The position numbers were made by a program, and so were the translations under genes. From Klebsiella phage KP2025, in the sequence record PP919962.1: a stretch of DNA of 64,000 nucleotides. One strand, written 5' to 3'. Positions 37,335 through 45,965 of the stretch are shown piece by piece. The notes under the pieces are model-generated. The model was not told the DNA's origin. It saw only the letters and a program-made list of their open reading frames with translations, and made no database searches. Positions within the stretch are counted from its first letter, which is position 1. Each line of letters begins with the position of its first letter.

Positions 37335-38270
37335 TCAATCTCCTTGAAATGGTTTGACCATGTGGCTGTTAGCCTTGAAACGCTCAATATAATCTGTTTC
37401 ACCCATACTTTCGTAGAACTTCATAACTACTCCGAAATTCTCCCAAGCGTACTCACGGAAGTAGCCTGACGTTATAGAGGTGCAAACTTTGCTTAAAGCC
37501 ATAACAAAACTCTGACGAGCAGGAACTTCAAAATTAAAAGGAATCTGCGAACGTTCCAGGGCTAGGACACAGCTTTCTTCGTACACACCGAGAAGACGGA
37601 TATGATTCTCCTGCTCAAAGAACTTCTCTTTGGAGGTCATCACTTCACTGTCATCTTTCATATACGATTTGTATGCAGGAACACCGAGAACTGCCACCGC
37701 TTCGTGAATGGTGTCGTGATCGTACACATATGGAACTTCGTCGCCTTTGAAGAAGTCTTTGCTCTTCACATCCAGGTTTGGGTGAGAATAGTTATAGGTT
37801 TCTTTCTCACGCATTTTGAACACATCCTCCAATTCTGCCGGGATGCTTGCACCCAGCGAACGCATGTAGTGAATGTCGTTCATGGTTTTGAAGAAATGAG
37901 GGCTATTCTTCTTATAGCGATGGCTCATTTTCAGAAGATACAGAACTTCCAGAGGAGCAACGCTATGGCGATCATCAAACATACCGATCAGGCTATCTTT
38001 GTGTTCTTCACAGTATTTCATGAGTGCCTCAGTGCTATCCCCGGGTTGAGCAATGTCATACTCAAGGTGAGCACCAGCCTCCATTTTCACATGGCCCTTA
38101 TTACCGTTACGTTCGATCAGTTCGACAAATTCATCATTTTCAAACAGTTTTACTTGTTCTTCCCACTCTGCTTCGGTGCAGAGGTAATCTAGATCTACGC
38201 AAGGACGATAAAAGTCTTTACCCATTCGACGTACCAGAATTTCAAGAGCACGGCTACCGATCAGAATCAT
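37335..38270 (-). CDS. hypothetical protein, possible minimal nucleotidyltransferase fold
   Basis: GAGGAGAAATAAC ATG. N-terminal LIGSRAL...VDLDYL resembles GS...DxD of pol-beta-type NTases (weak). Confidence 0.6.
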   Translation of the reverse strand: MILIGSRALEILVRRMGKDFYRPCVDLDYLCTEAEWEEQVKLFENDEFVELIERNGNKGHVKMEAGAHLEYDIAQPGDSTEALMKYCEEHKDSLIGMFDDRHSVAPLEVLYLLKMSHRYKKNSPHFFKTMNDIHYMRSLGASIPAELEDVFKMREKETYNYSHPNLDVKSKDFFKGDEVPYVYDHDTIHEAVAVLGVPAYKSYMKDDSEVMTSKEKFFEQENHIRLLGVYEESCVLALERSQIPFNFEVPARQSFVMALSKVCTSITSGYFREYAWENFGVVMKFYESMGETDYIERFKANSHMVKPFQGD

Positions 38271-38338
38271 GTTATTTCTCCTCTATTATTTGATGGAGAG
38301 AGTGTACCAGGTTTTGAAACTGCTGTCAACAGTTAGGC

Positions 38339-38362
38339 AATAAAAAACCCGCCGAAGCGGGT
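38339..38362 (-). terminator. rho-independent terminator (minus strand)
   Basis: Reverse complement CCCGCTTCGGCGGG then TTTTTTATT. Confidence 0.7.
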
Positions 38363-38377
38363 TGTCATTACATTTTA

Positions 38378-38647
38378 TCAGCACATCTCCGAGGAAGACA
38401 CCCAGATACCTTGGGTCAGTTTACCTTCCGCATCTGCATATTCACTTGCTCGCCAGCCTAAGTAATATTCTTCAATATCTGTACCTTTAGGATAATATGT
38501 TTGTCCATTTTCTCCATATTCGCCCCAGTAGGCTGTAACACCGCCCTCATCAGCCAAAGCGGCGATCTGATCTTTCACGGTCTCCACGTATTCCTCTGCG
38601 GCTTTCGTCAGTTCATCAATTTCTTTATCGTAATCACGTTTTTCCAT
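38378..38647 (-). CDS. W-SSS-C tail family paralog 1 (small acidic protein)
   Basis: GAGGAGAAGAAA ATG at 38647. Ends GIWVSSSEMC. The track's longer start at 38782 overlaps paralog 2. Confidence 0.55.
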   Translation of the reverse strand: MEKRDYDKEIDELTKAAEEYVETVKDQIAALADEGGVTAYWGEYGENGQTYYPKGTDIEEYYLGWRASEYADAEGKLTQGIWVSSSEMC

Positions 38648-38711
38648 TTTCTTCTCCTCTGCTTCTGCGATTAAATTTAGCTCTGGCATCAGGAATGACC
38701 AGAGCAGTTCA

Positions 38712-38936
38712 TTAGCAACTGGACGTGACCCAGACTGATCCATCTGCGTACACTCCAAACGTTTCAGAATTTCCTTCGCCAAAACAATCAGAAGACTGCC
38801 AATCTTCGAAGGTCATTTCTCCGCTGAGGGTTATCGCAAAGCCAAAATCATTTTCACGAGCTAGTTCTTCAAGTTCACGGATGGTCTTCTGCGCTTCTAC
38901 AGCTTTTGCCATTACAACGTCAATATCTCGACTCAT
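38712..38936 (-). CDS. W-SSS-C tail family paralog 2
   Basis: Ends SVWVTSSC. Helical N-terminus then FGF motif. Confidence 0.55.
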   Translation of the reverse strand: MSRDIDVVMAKAVEAQKTIRELEELARENDFGFAITLSGEMTFEDWQSSDCFGEGNSETFGVYADGSVWVTSSC

Positions 38937-38945
38937 TTTATCTCC

Positions 38946-39140
38946 TTAACAACCAAGAGAAGACGGGAACCAGTTATCACCAGTATACTCGTTCTCTTCT
39001 TCTGGATCAAAATAACCACCCATGCCGTAAGCCGGATGGAAACCAAAACCTTCACCTGTTTCCAAGGATAGGCGCTGTGCTTCTTCAAGAGCGGCTCTCG
39101 CCGCAGCTACTGCTTCACTTACTGTTTTAAATTCACTCAT
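38946..39140 (-). CDS. W-SSS-C tail family paralog 3
   Basis: Ends DNWFPSSLGC. N-terminal AVAAARAALEEA then GEGFGF. Confidence 0.6.
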   Translation of the reverse strand: MSEFKTVSEAVAAARAALEEAQRLSLETGEGFGFHPAYGMGGYFDPEEENEYTGDNWFPSSLGC

Positions 39141-39155
39141 TTTTATCTCCTATTA

Positions 39156-39593
39156 TTACCAGCAAATACTGCTTGAAATCCAACCATGCTCGTATCCAGC
39201 GTTAATGTGCGCTGAAAGAACTTGCTCTTTACCTACACTAAACTTTCCGTCTTCATAGACGAAAGGTTCTTGGATACCAGACTCTTCCCAGAGATTCATC
39301 AGCACCTGTTTAGCAGTGTTGATTTCATCCAGGCGTTCTTTACTAACCATAACATTGTTGTAGCAATAATCATAGATTGCATCTTCCTGAATAGGTTCCA
39401 TAGTCTCTTTGTTATAAGCCCATGTGGTCAGCATGTAATCATCTGTCCAATAAGGTTTAACTTCGAGAGGAATACCTTCCACATGAAGCCGCTCATCTTC
39501 ATCACCCAAGAACAAAACGGTAAATTTATATTCGCCGCTACTCAGATCGTAGTAATCTTCACCTACACGAAGGTTGTCAATGTTATTATACAT
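39156..39593 (-). CDS. W-SSS-C tail family paralog 4 (longer form)
   Basis: Ends HGWISSSICW; acidic. Confidence 0.6.
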   Translation of the reverse strand: MYNNIDNLRVGEDYYDLSSGEYKFTVLFLGDEDERLHVEGIPLEVKPYWTDDYMLTTWAYNKETMEPIQEDAIYDYCYNNVMVSKERLDEINTAKQVLMNLWEESGIQEPFVYEDGKFSVGKEQVLSAHINAGYEHGWISSSICW

Positions 39594-39603
39594 TTTAGCC
39601 CCC

Positions 39604-40023
39604 TTAACAAGTCATGCTACTAGAGCACCAAGCATGAGTACCTTGGATATAGGCAGAGCATTCGTCGTTACCAATATACACACGGTCATCTGATACAATA
39701 AGATCTCTTGTATTTACACCCAGAGACTTCAGCGTATCCACGATGTGTTGGCGTTCTTTATCTTTTCTTTTACGTTCTACAGGATCGATTAGACCGTGTT
39801 CATTAATAAATTCTTCAATATAATTATCCCCTTCAATAAATTCGTCATTATAATAATCTTCGTAAAGAATTGCATCGTTATGTTCAGGGAGTTCATTCAT
39901 TTCCTCTAGATATGCCTGTTTGTCTTCATCACTAGACCAAACACCATCAGCAAACACAATGCGAGCTACTTCATCACCCCAATTATCTTCGAATACTTGC
40001 CCAGCCACATATTTATTCTTCAC
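39604..40023 (-). CDS. W-SSS-C tail family paralog 5 (longer form)
   Basis: Ends HAWCSSSMTC. Internal GVWSSDE copy. Confidence 0.6.
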   Translation of the reverse strand: MKNKYVAGQVFEDNWGDEVARIVFADGVWSSDEDKQAYLEEMNELPEHNDAILYEDYYNDEFIEGDNYIEEFINEHGLIDPVERKRKDKERQHIVDTLKSLGVNTRDLIVSDDRVYIGNDECSAYIQGTHAWCSSSMTC

Positions 40024-40297
40024 AAGGTATCTCCTCTTCTAATACTGCTTTAATTTTAAATGCTTTACTTCCTAAGTAACCGTCGCAACGGTCTTCATCC
40101 CCATAGTGCGAATAAAAGTCAAATTGTACAGTTGATTCACTCATTAGAAAAATCATATCTGTATGCTTTGTACCTTCGGGAACAATATTTTGGATATGCG
40201 GTAGAAGTTTACAATCATAAAAACAAAGATCACCCGCACTACCTACTTCATCCCAACCTTCCCAAGACTCCACAAAAGAATGTTCTAAGCCTGCCAT
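40013..40297 (-). CDS. hypothetical acidic protein
   Basis: GAGGAGGG RBS. Confidence 0.55.
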   Translation of the reverse strand: MAGLEHSFVESWEGWDEVGSAGDLCFYDCKLLPHIQNIVPEGTKHTDMIFLMSESTVQFDFYSHYGDEDRCDGYLGSKAFKIKAVLEEEIPCEE

Positions 40298-40312
40298 ACA
40301 ACCCTCCTCTAG

Positions 40313-40471
40313 TTAACAATCATAAGAAGAACTACGCCAAGAGACATTTACTTCAACATTTTCCCCATCTTCTAAAGTAATGTTGAAATAATCATGCCCT
40401 AAACCCTCAGCACGAGCCATAACAATGGCCTCTTCTAGCTTTTGTGCAATCAGTTGCTCGATAGTTTTCAT
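40313..40471 (-). CDS. W-SSS-C tail family paralog 6 (52 aa)
   Basis: GAGGAGAAGTAA ATG. Ends VSWRSSSYDC. Below the track's 60 aa cutoff. Confidence 0.5.
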   Translation of the reverse strand: MKTIEQLIAQKLEEAIVMARAEGLGHDYFNITLEDGENVEVNVSWRSSSYDC

Positions 40472-40494
40472 TTACTTCTCCTCTATTCTAAATA

Positions 40495-40938
40495 TTACAC
40501 CAATACACTCTTGCTGATATCTTCTAAAAGAAAGCTGAATTCTAGAACTAAAAAATCTCCTTCAGAATTACTTTCTATATATACAGAAAAACCAACATCT
40601 GTGTTATCCTTAGAGAGTGGCCCCAAGTGAAGTTTATATTCTTTATGATCTTCTTTTGTATATGTTACTGTATAGAACATATCCCTAAGTAACCCAGCCA
40701 CAAAACGTTGTTTTTCTAACGGATTGGTATAAGTTAAAAGCTTCTCTTTTTGCTCCTCATTCAAAGGTCTTTCTACTGTATAGAAAGGAATTTCTTTCTT
40801 TTCTTCAGAATTAAGAATTACCGTAGAGTTTGTAGAATAAACCCTGTCTTTTAAACCCACCTCGTCTAACTTATCATTTACATATTTAGTTAAAGCAGGT
40901 GTTAATTTGAATATCTCGTTTACTTGTCTTATCGTCAT
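40495..40938 (-). CDS. hypothetical protein
   Basis: 147 aa. Confidence 0.6.
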   Translation of the reverse strand: MTIRQVNEIFKLTPALTKYVNDKLDEVGLKDRVYSTNSTVILNSEEKKEIPFYTVERPLNEEQKEKLLTYTNPLEKQRFVAGLLRDMFYTVTYTKEDHKEYKLHLGPLSKDNTDVGFSVYIESNSEGDFLVLEFSFLLEDISKSVLV

Positions 40939-41456
40939 TACCAGGTATCTCCCTTTGGCTTGATAACCTCAACGAAGAAAGAAGTTTCCATTTGCAGAGT
41001 ATTGTTTAAAATAAACCCGTATAAAGGATACGCTGTAGTTCCTGCATATTGAATAGTATCAGCAGGAGCAAAATGCACAGCTACTTTTTGTGCTCCGTTA
41101 TCTAACTCATGAACAATTGCACGTAAGATCTCATTCACCATCACGGTAGTGAATGTTTGCAGTACAGTGTTTTCAAATGGAACATACCCTAAGAAATGAA
41201 GATTAATATCTTCAATCTCTTGTTGAGTCAAATCTTTATCCAGTGGATAAAATGGAATAGTATATGCAACGTTATCTTTTGTCAAGAAGACATCACAATT
41301 ATGATAAAGGAAGTCTACTTTGTCCATAACAAAACGAGTACCTTGCCAAAGTGTATCTTGCACACGTTCTTGGATAGCCTCAGTTAAATCTACGAGATCG
41401 TGATGCATATGACTTACATTAGTACGTTCTCCTCCTCTAAGACATGCTTTAAGCAT
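40938..41456 (-). CDS. hypothetical protein
   Basis: 172 aa; ATGA-type overlap. Confidence 0.6.
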   Translation of the reverse strand: MLKACLRGGERTNVSHMHHDLVDLTEAIQERVQDTLWQGTRFVMDKVDFLYHNCDVFLTKDNVAYTIPFYPLDKDLTQQEIEDINLHFLGYVPFENTVLQTFTTVMVNEILRAIVHELDNGAQKVAVHFAPADTIQYAGTTAYPLYGFILNNTLQMETSFFVEVIKPKGDTW

Positions 41457-42021
41457 TAATTGCCTCCTCTAAAATAGGTTTAATGAACTCAAATATTTCC
41501 CGTTTACTTTTACCTCGTATGTTAAAGCAAGGAATATTAAACTGTTTTGCTAACATCCATGCAGTTCTAGTCCCTCCTTTTGCATCCCCATTTTTATCTA
41601 CATCTGAACAGGCCAATAAAAATAAAGAGGGAACAGGATTTTCCAAATCTCTTCCTAGCACCTGATGAACATTGCGTTGATGCAATTTCTTACCCCCTTG
41701 TGATAACCTATCCCAAGCAGGATGTATTTCTTTTGCATATTTAACGCTTATAGCGTAGTTCATTGTATCAGGGCTGTCAAGACAAATTTTCTCCCCTGCT
41801 ATTTCATTACCTTCAAATTTAGGCCAAGGGATGTAAATTTCTTTGTTCTCAGGAAAGTTCGACAAGGATACACCATATTCGAATGCAGAATCGGAGCCTC
41901 CTGCCTTACCTGATCTTAACTTAAGCCACTGTGCTAACCATTTAGCAACAGCAACCATTATATCCCATTCTTCATCGCTAATGTCTCGACTTCCCACGCC
42001 AGTGTAAAACAGTCCTTCCAT
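41449..42021 (-). CDS. SLOG-family Rossmann protein (DprA/DUF2493-like)
   Basis: YTGVGSRD and LRSGKAGGSD motifs. Confidence 0.45.
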   Translation of the reverse strand: MEGLFYTGVGSRDISDEEWDIMVAVAKWLAQWLKLRSGKAGGSDSAFEYGVSLSNFPENKEIYIPWPKFEGNEIAGEKICLDSPDTMNYAISVKYAKEIHPAWDRLSQGGKKLHQRNVHQVLGRDLENPVPSLFLLACSDVDKNGDAKGGTRTAWMLAKQFNIPCFNIRGKSKREIFEFIKPILEEAINA

Positions 42022-42030
42022 TATGCCACC

Positions 42031-42306
42031 TCAGCAGGTGACAGTGAATGGAGTGCTGAACGGCCAAGAACCAGTATCACGATACGGCTGTAACGGATCG
42101 TAAGGCTTCGGTGGCTTCTGAGCATCTTCCCAAATCTTTTGCAGGATTTTCCAGTTCTCATCAATGCTCTGATTAGGAACATCGGTTTCAACTTGGATAA
42201 TCTCTTTACTAACTAAGATTTGTTTCGTTAGATCAAGATCGTCTGTTTCAATGATCGTTTCTTTAATGACTTCACCGACAGTTTCTTTGATTGTTATTTT
42301 GTACAT
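42031..42306 (-). CDS. hypothetical protein
   Basis: 91 aa. Confidence 0.55.
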   Translation of the reverse strand: MYKITIKETVGEVIKETIIETDDLDLTKQILVSKEIIQVETDVPNQSIDENWKILQKIWEDAQKPPKPYDPLQPYRDTGSWPFSTPFTVTC

Positions 42307-43043
42307 TAGTCCTCCTCTAAAGTTGAATAAAACTTAACCGTTCCTTGCTCATCAAACCAACTAAATGTCAAATTATTGTTGAAACAAGACCCGGTATCCA
42401 TATACACGCGATTAGCATTTATTAGTGGTTCCGGTACATAAGAGTGACCATGAAACACATAATCTACGCCTAATACTTTAGGCAAAGAAATCCCCTCCTG
42501 AGCACAGGAAATCATATCTCTATCCCACATTAAAGACTCTGCAAAAATATTTTCCTTTTCCTTAGATAATCCCAGATTAGGTATCTCTGTTACTGGTAAA
42601 TATTCATAAGCAGAAGGATAACCTCCATGTATAAATGCTAACTTTTTACCTCTATGTTCTACTACTAAAACAACGGGGAGATTTTCTACCATTGTCGCTA
42701 GTAGACTAACACCATCTTCCCCAAGCTCACTCCAAACAGTATGCCCACCATTCTGATACCAACATTCGTAATAATCCCTACTACCTTCTAACATGCCTTT
42801 AATTAGCATATCTTCATGATTACCACGGATAGAAAAACGGTTAGACTTACGTGTGAATTCAATTACACATCGCAGATTTTGTTTACCCCTGTCAGTAAGA
42901 TCTCCGAGAGAAATAACATAATCTGTATCTCTAATTCCTAAAACTCTTTCTCCTTTTTTATAGAGATCGTAACATCCGTGTAAATCCCCTATGATAAATA
43001 AATCTTTATCATCCTCCAATTTAATAAATTCATAAAGTTTCAC
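42306..43043 (-). CDS. Ser/Thr protein phosphatase (lambda-PPase-type metallophosphoesterase)
   Basis: GDLHG, GDLTDRG and GNHE motifs. Confidence 0.85.
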   Translation of the reverse strand: MKLYEFIKLEDDKDLFIIGDLHGCYDLYKKGERVLGIRDTDYVISLGDLTDRGKQNLRCVIEFTRKSNRFSIRGNHEDMLIKGMLEGSRDYYECWYQNGGHTVWSELGEDGVSLLATMVENLPVVLVVEHRGKKLAFIHGGYPSAYEYLPVTEIPNLGLSKEKENIFAESLMWDRDMISCAQEGISLPKVLGVDYVFHGHSYVPEPLINANRVYMDTGSCFNNNLTFSWFDEQGTVKFYSTLEED

Positions 43044-43052
43044 TTTTTCTCC

Positions 43053-43625
43053 TCAATAAGTCATTCCAACAGCGTAGCTGAAGGTAGGCTCGACAATAAC
43101 AGTTGCAACAGCTATATATTTCTCATTTACTGCATAGCATTCCACACGACATACAACAATACCATTTACAATGAACTCCATACAATGAGTCATATCCTCG
43201 CATGTAAATACAGTATATGATATCCCCATAGCATTATACAATGATTTTACTTCTCTTGCAAGTTCTGCAATAGGGTCTGTTTCTGCTACAATATATGCAG
43301 CTACTATTAAACTATTTGAATAGTGTGTTGTATCTTCTAAAGATAATGATCGACAAGGAAGTAATGAAAAGTACTTACCACATGTCAATAACCCAGATCT
43401 TACTTGATTAATAACAGCTTGAGAAGGATTTGTTACATAAAACAAATTCTCTTTTGGATTATCAATATTACTACGAGCTATACACTTAGTAGGAGAATTC
43501 TGATCAAAGACATGATCAAAGTCTACACAAATAGGTAGATTATAAGTTTTAAAATTATTTTGTAGGATTGTGACAGCTTTTAAGATGCTGTCTGTATTTA
43601 TTTTACCATTAAAAGCCAAAGGCAT
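43053..43625 (-). CDS. hypothetical protein
   Basis: 190 aa. Confidence 0.6.
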   Translation of the reverse strand: MPLAFNGKINTDSILKAVTILQNNFKTYNLPICVDFDHVFDQNSPTKCIARSNIDNPKENLFYVTNPSQAVINQVRSGLLTCGKYFSLLPCRSLSLEDTTHYSNSLIVAAYIVAETDPIAELAREVKSLYNAMGISYTVFTCEDMTHCMEFIVNGIVVCRVECYAVNEKYIAVATVIVEPTFSYAVGMTY

Positions 43626-43634
43626 ATGTGCTCC

Positions 43635-43865
43635 TTAACTAGTAACATCCACCTCAGTACTTCCTTCCGTAGGAGATATTACAGTACACCTGGTTGCCAT
43701 ATAAGAAACATTCCAACCATTTGGGGAAGTTTCTATTAAAACCCTATCTTTTGCGATAAACTGGATATAATCAAGTGCTTCTCGCATAGATAAGAACGTT
43801 TTTGTAATTTGTTCTTCGTGCAATGATTCCATAGGTCTCCTCAACTTATTTCTAATTTGTGACAT
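43635..43865 (-). CDS. hypothetical protein
   Basis: 76 aa. Confidence 0.5.
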   Translation of the reverse strand: MSQIRNKLRRPMESLHEEQITKTFLSMREALDYIQFIAKDRVLIETSPNGWNVSYMATRCTVISPTEGSTEVDVTS

Positions 43866-44503
43866 AAACGTTGTACTGCTTTTGCATCGAAAGCTGCGCC
43901 TCTTATTGTTTTTTTGCCTGCCTCATTTAACCTTTTTGAAATAGTTAAAAATGGCATGTTTTGAGACCTGTATGCAGTTAACAATGGTTTAAATTCTTCT
44001 GCCCACTCCAAGGAGTACTTAGTATGTTCCTTCTTCGAGTAATCTGTTCTATGGTATTTTTCATTAGCAGCACCTAAGAGAGTGCCTTTCTCTTTAGCTA
44101 CTTTTAAACTTTTCTTAACACGATCAGAGATTCCTTTTGCTTCCTCTTCTGCAAGAACTGCAAGAATATTAATGATCATGTTTTCTGCGGAGGGCATCGT
44201 AGCTACACGCACTTGTATCATTTCCAGCAAAGCTGCAACGGAGGCTGTGTTACGTCCTAAACGGTCTACCTTAGCAACAACTAAGGTGGCTCCTGTTTGC
44301 TTGCATAGGTTAACAGCTTTAACAAGTTCCCTACGCTGACGCCAGTCGCCTTTACCCGTATAGTATTCAGCAAAACTACCAATAACAGTGCAATCTTCTT
44401 GAGTATCAAGAAATCTTTGAATGTCAATCTCTTGAGCTTCAATACCGTATTGATTACCTTGTTGTTTTCTTTTAGATAGACGATGATAAAGTACGTATTT
44501 CAT
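43841..44503 (-). CDS. small serine recombinase (resolvase/invertase family)
   Basis: N-terminal YHRLSKRKQ catalytic Ser context. 220 aa with C-terminal HTH-like segment. Confidence 0.7.
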   Translation of the reverse strand: MKYVLYHRLSKRKQQGNQYGIEAQEIDIQRFLDTQEDCTVIGSFAEYYTGKGDWRQRRELVKAVNLCKQTGATLVVAKVDRLGRNTASVAALLEMIQVRVATMPSAENMIINILAVLAEEEAKGISDRVKKSLKVAKEKGTLLGAANEKYHRTDYSKKEHTKYSLEWAEEFKPLLTAYRSQNMPFLTISKRLNEAGKKTIRGAAFDAKAVQRLCHKLEIS

Positions 44504-44552
44504 AATGCCCTCCTGCTATTTATGAAGAGTATGCACTACTCTTCATCATATG

Positions 44553-44756
44553 TCAAGTGGTTGTGATATCATCTTCCTGAATAGTTGATTCTTCATCAAC
44601 AAAAACTTTATCAGGAGTGATATTCTTTCCTGTTATACGTGATAGAAGAACAGCACCAATATCTTTTGCTTGCTGTTCATTAGCAGCATAGACATTAGTT
44701 CCTGTATCCTTCTTAGTACTTTCATTAGTGTACACTAAGTAATAACTGTATGGCAT
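44553..44756 (-). CDS. hypothetical protein
   Basis: 67 aa. Confidence 0.45.
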   Translation of the reverse strand: MPYSYYLVYTNESTKKDTGTNVYAANEQQAKDIGAVLLSRITGKNITPDKVFVDEESTIQEDDITTT

Positions 44757-44764
44757 TTTTATTC

Positions 44765-44989
44765 CTAGTAGTTATCTCGTTCATCCTGAAGACTTTTAGC
44801 AATCTTTCCGTACTCTATAGCCAGTCCAGCCATACTTTCTGCTTGCGCTGCCATAGCTTCTTTGAAGAACATAGAAATTGCTGCTTGTTGAATAGTTTCA
44901 ATACCGTCTGAATCTGTAGTGATATTGAGGCTCAAGTCATCATCTTCTTTAAAGATAAGAGAGATGTTAAAATTAAAAGTGGATTCCAT
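44765..44989 (-). CDS. hypothetical acidic protein
   Basis: 74 aa. Confidence 0.5.
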   Translation of the reverse strand: MESTFNFNISLIFKEDDDLSLNITTDSDGIETIQQAAISMFFKEAMAAQAESMAGLAIEYGKIAKSLQDERDNY

Positions 44990-44999
44990 TAGTTTCTCC

Positions 45000-45509
45000 T
45001 CATACGAAATAGAAAGGTTGCGTAAGCCCTAGACGATTCTTAGGGTCATAAACATACCACGCATATGCTGTTTTATCTGTCCCGCCACCAACAAAAGATG
45101 GTCTTTCTGACAAAACGATCAAATGATTAGGGGGATTATTTTTATGAAACTCCCTACGTTTCTTAGATTCTAAGAATCCTAAACGAAGGAGGTATATACA
45201 TACATCACATTCTTGTAGACTCTTCTCTAAGAATTGTAATGCCAGTTTAAACGGAGGATTTGTGATAATAGCATCTGGCTTTCTCTTCCAACTACTATTA
45301 AAATAATCTATCCCCTCATCTAACTCACAATATTCAGATCCTTCTGGAAAATGCTGATAGATAGCATTTGCTAAACCTCTACAAGGTTCAGCAAAAGTCC
45401 ATCCCTCTTCCACAAGATTTTTAAAATCTATAATACCGAATAAACTATCTATACACTTTTGTGGAGTAGGATAAAAATCATTATCCGGTCTTTCATAGTT
45501 GTTTGCCAA
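45000..45509 (-). CDS. phage Dam-family N6-adenine DNA methyltransferase-like protein
   Basis: FYPTP near N-terminus and catalytic NPPF tetrapeptide; about 170 aa. Confidence 0.6.
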   Translation of the reverse strand: MANNYERPDNDFYPTPQKCIDSLFGIIDFKNLVEEGWTFAEPCRGLANAIYQHFPEGSEYCELDEGIDYFNSSWKRKPDAIITNPPFKLALQFLEKSLQECDVCIYLLRLGFLESKKRREFHKNNPPNHLIVLSERPSFVGGGTDKTAYAWYVYDPKNRLGLTQPFYFV

Positions 45510-45927
45510 TTTCTAAAATATCCTCTTTAGTTAACTCTGGGTCTTCCTCGAAGGAGCTGATATCCATAAGAACTTGAAACTCCTCCAGAGACACAGGAAT
45601 TACCTGATTTTCCTCACGCGCTTTTAATACTTCCAATAAAGCATCTACCATATCAGAGTATTCATAGAACTTGAGTAGTTGATAATCTAAAGGAGATATC
45701 TTATCTTCTTGAAGTAGCCATTCTGTGGCATTATCGAGAGAACCAACAACGTGCATCATTTCTCCAAAGGCATTAACCTCCCATTGACGTGTTCTCCACC
45801 AACTTAACTTTTCAGTTAAAACATAACGTTTGTTAGAAAGATAACTTAAATAATTTTCAGCACGCTTACATGTTTGCTGATAAGCATGTACCTGTTTATC
45901 AAAAAACTCTACTGGGATAGGTAACAT
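45493..45927 (-). CDS. hypothetical protein
   Basis: 144 aa. Confidence 0.55.
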   Translation of the reverse strand: MLPIPVEFFDKQVHAYQQTCKRAENYLSYLSNKRYVLTEKLSWWRTRQWEVNAFGEMMHVVGSLDNATEWLLQEDKISPLDYQLLKFYEYSDMVDALLEVLKAREENQVIPVSLEEFQVLMDISSFEEDPELTKEDILEIGKQL

Positions 45928-45940
45928 ATCTCCTCCTTAA

Positions 45941-45965
45941 AATGCCCCGAAGGGCATTTTTTATT
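45941..45965 (-). terminator. hairpin terminator
   Basis: ATGCCC-CGAA-GGGCAT flanked by T-runs. Confidence 0.6.

Noticed and set aside
35658-38192. Long plus-strand ORFs (35658-36266, 37602-38192 and similar) across the minus-strand operon
   Set aside because: Antisense shadows of clearly coding minus-strand genes. They are Leu/Phe/Ile-rich and have no RBS.
38712-38782. Overlap between the track's 134 aa ORF (start 38782) and W-SSS-C paralog 2
   Set aside because: Resolved by choosing the internal ATG at 38647, which has a GAGGAGAAGAAA RBS. The longer N-terminal extension is probably not translated.
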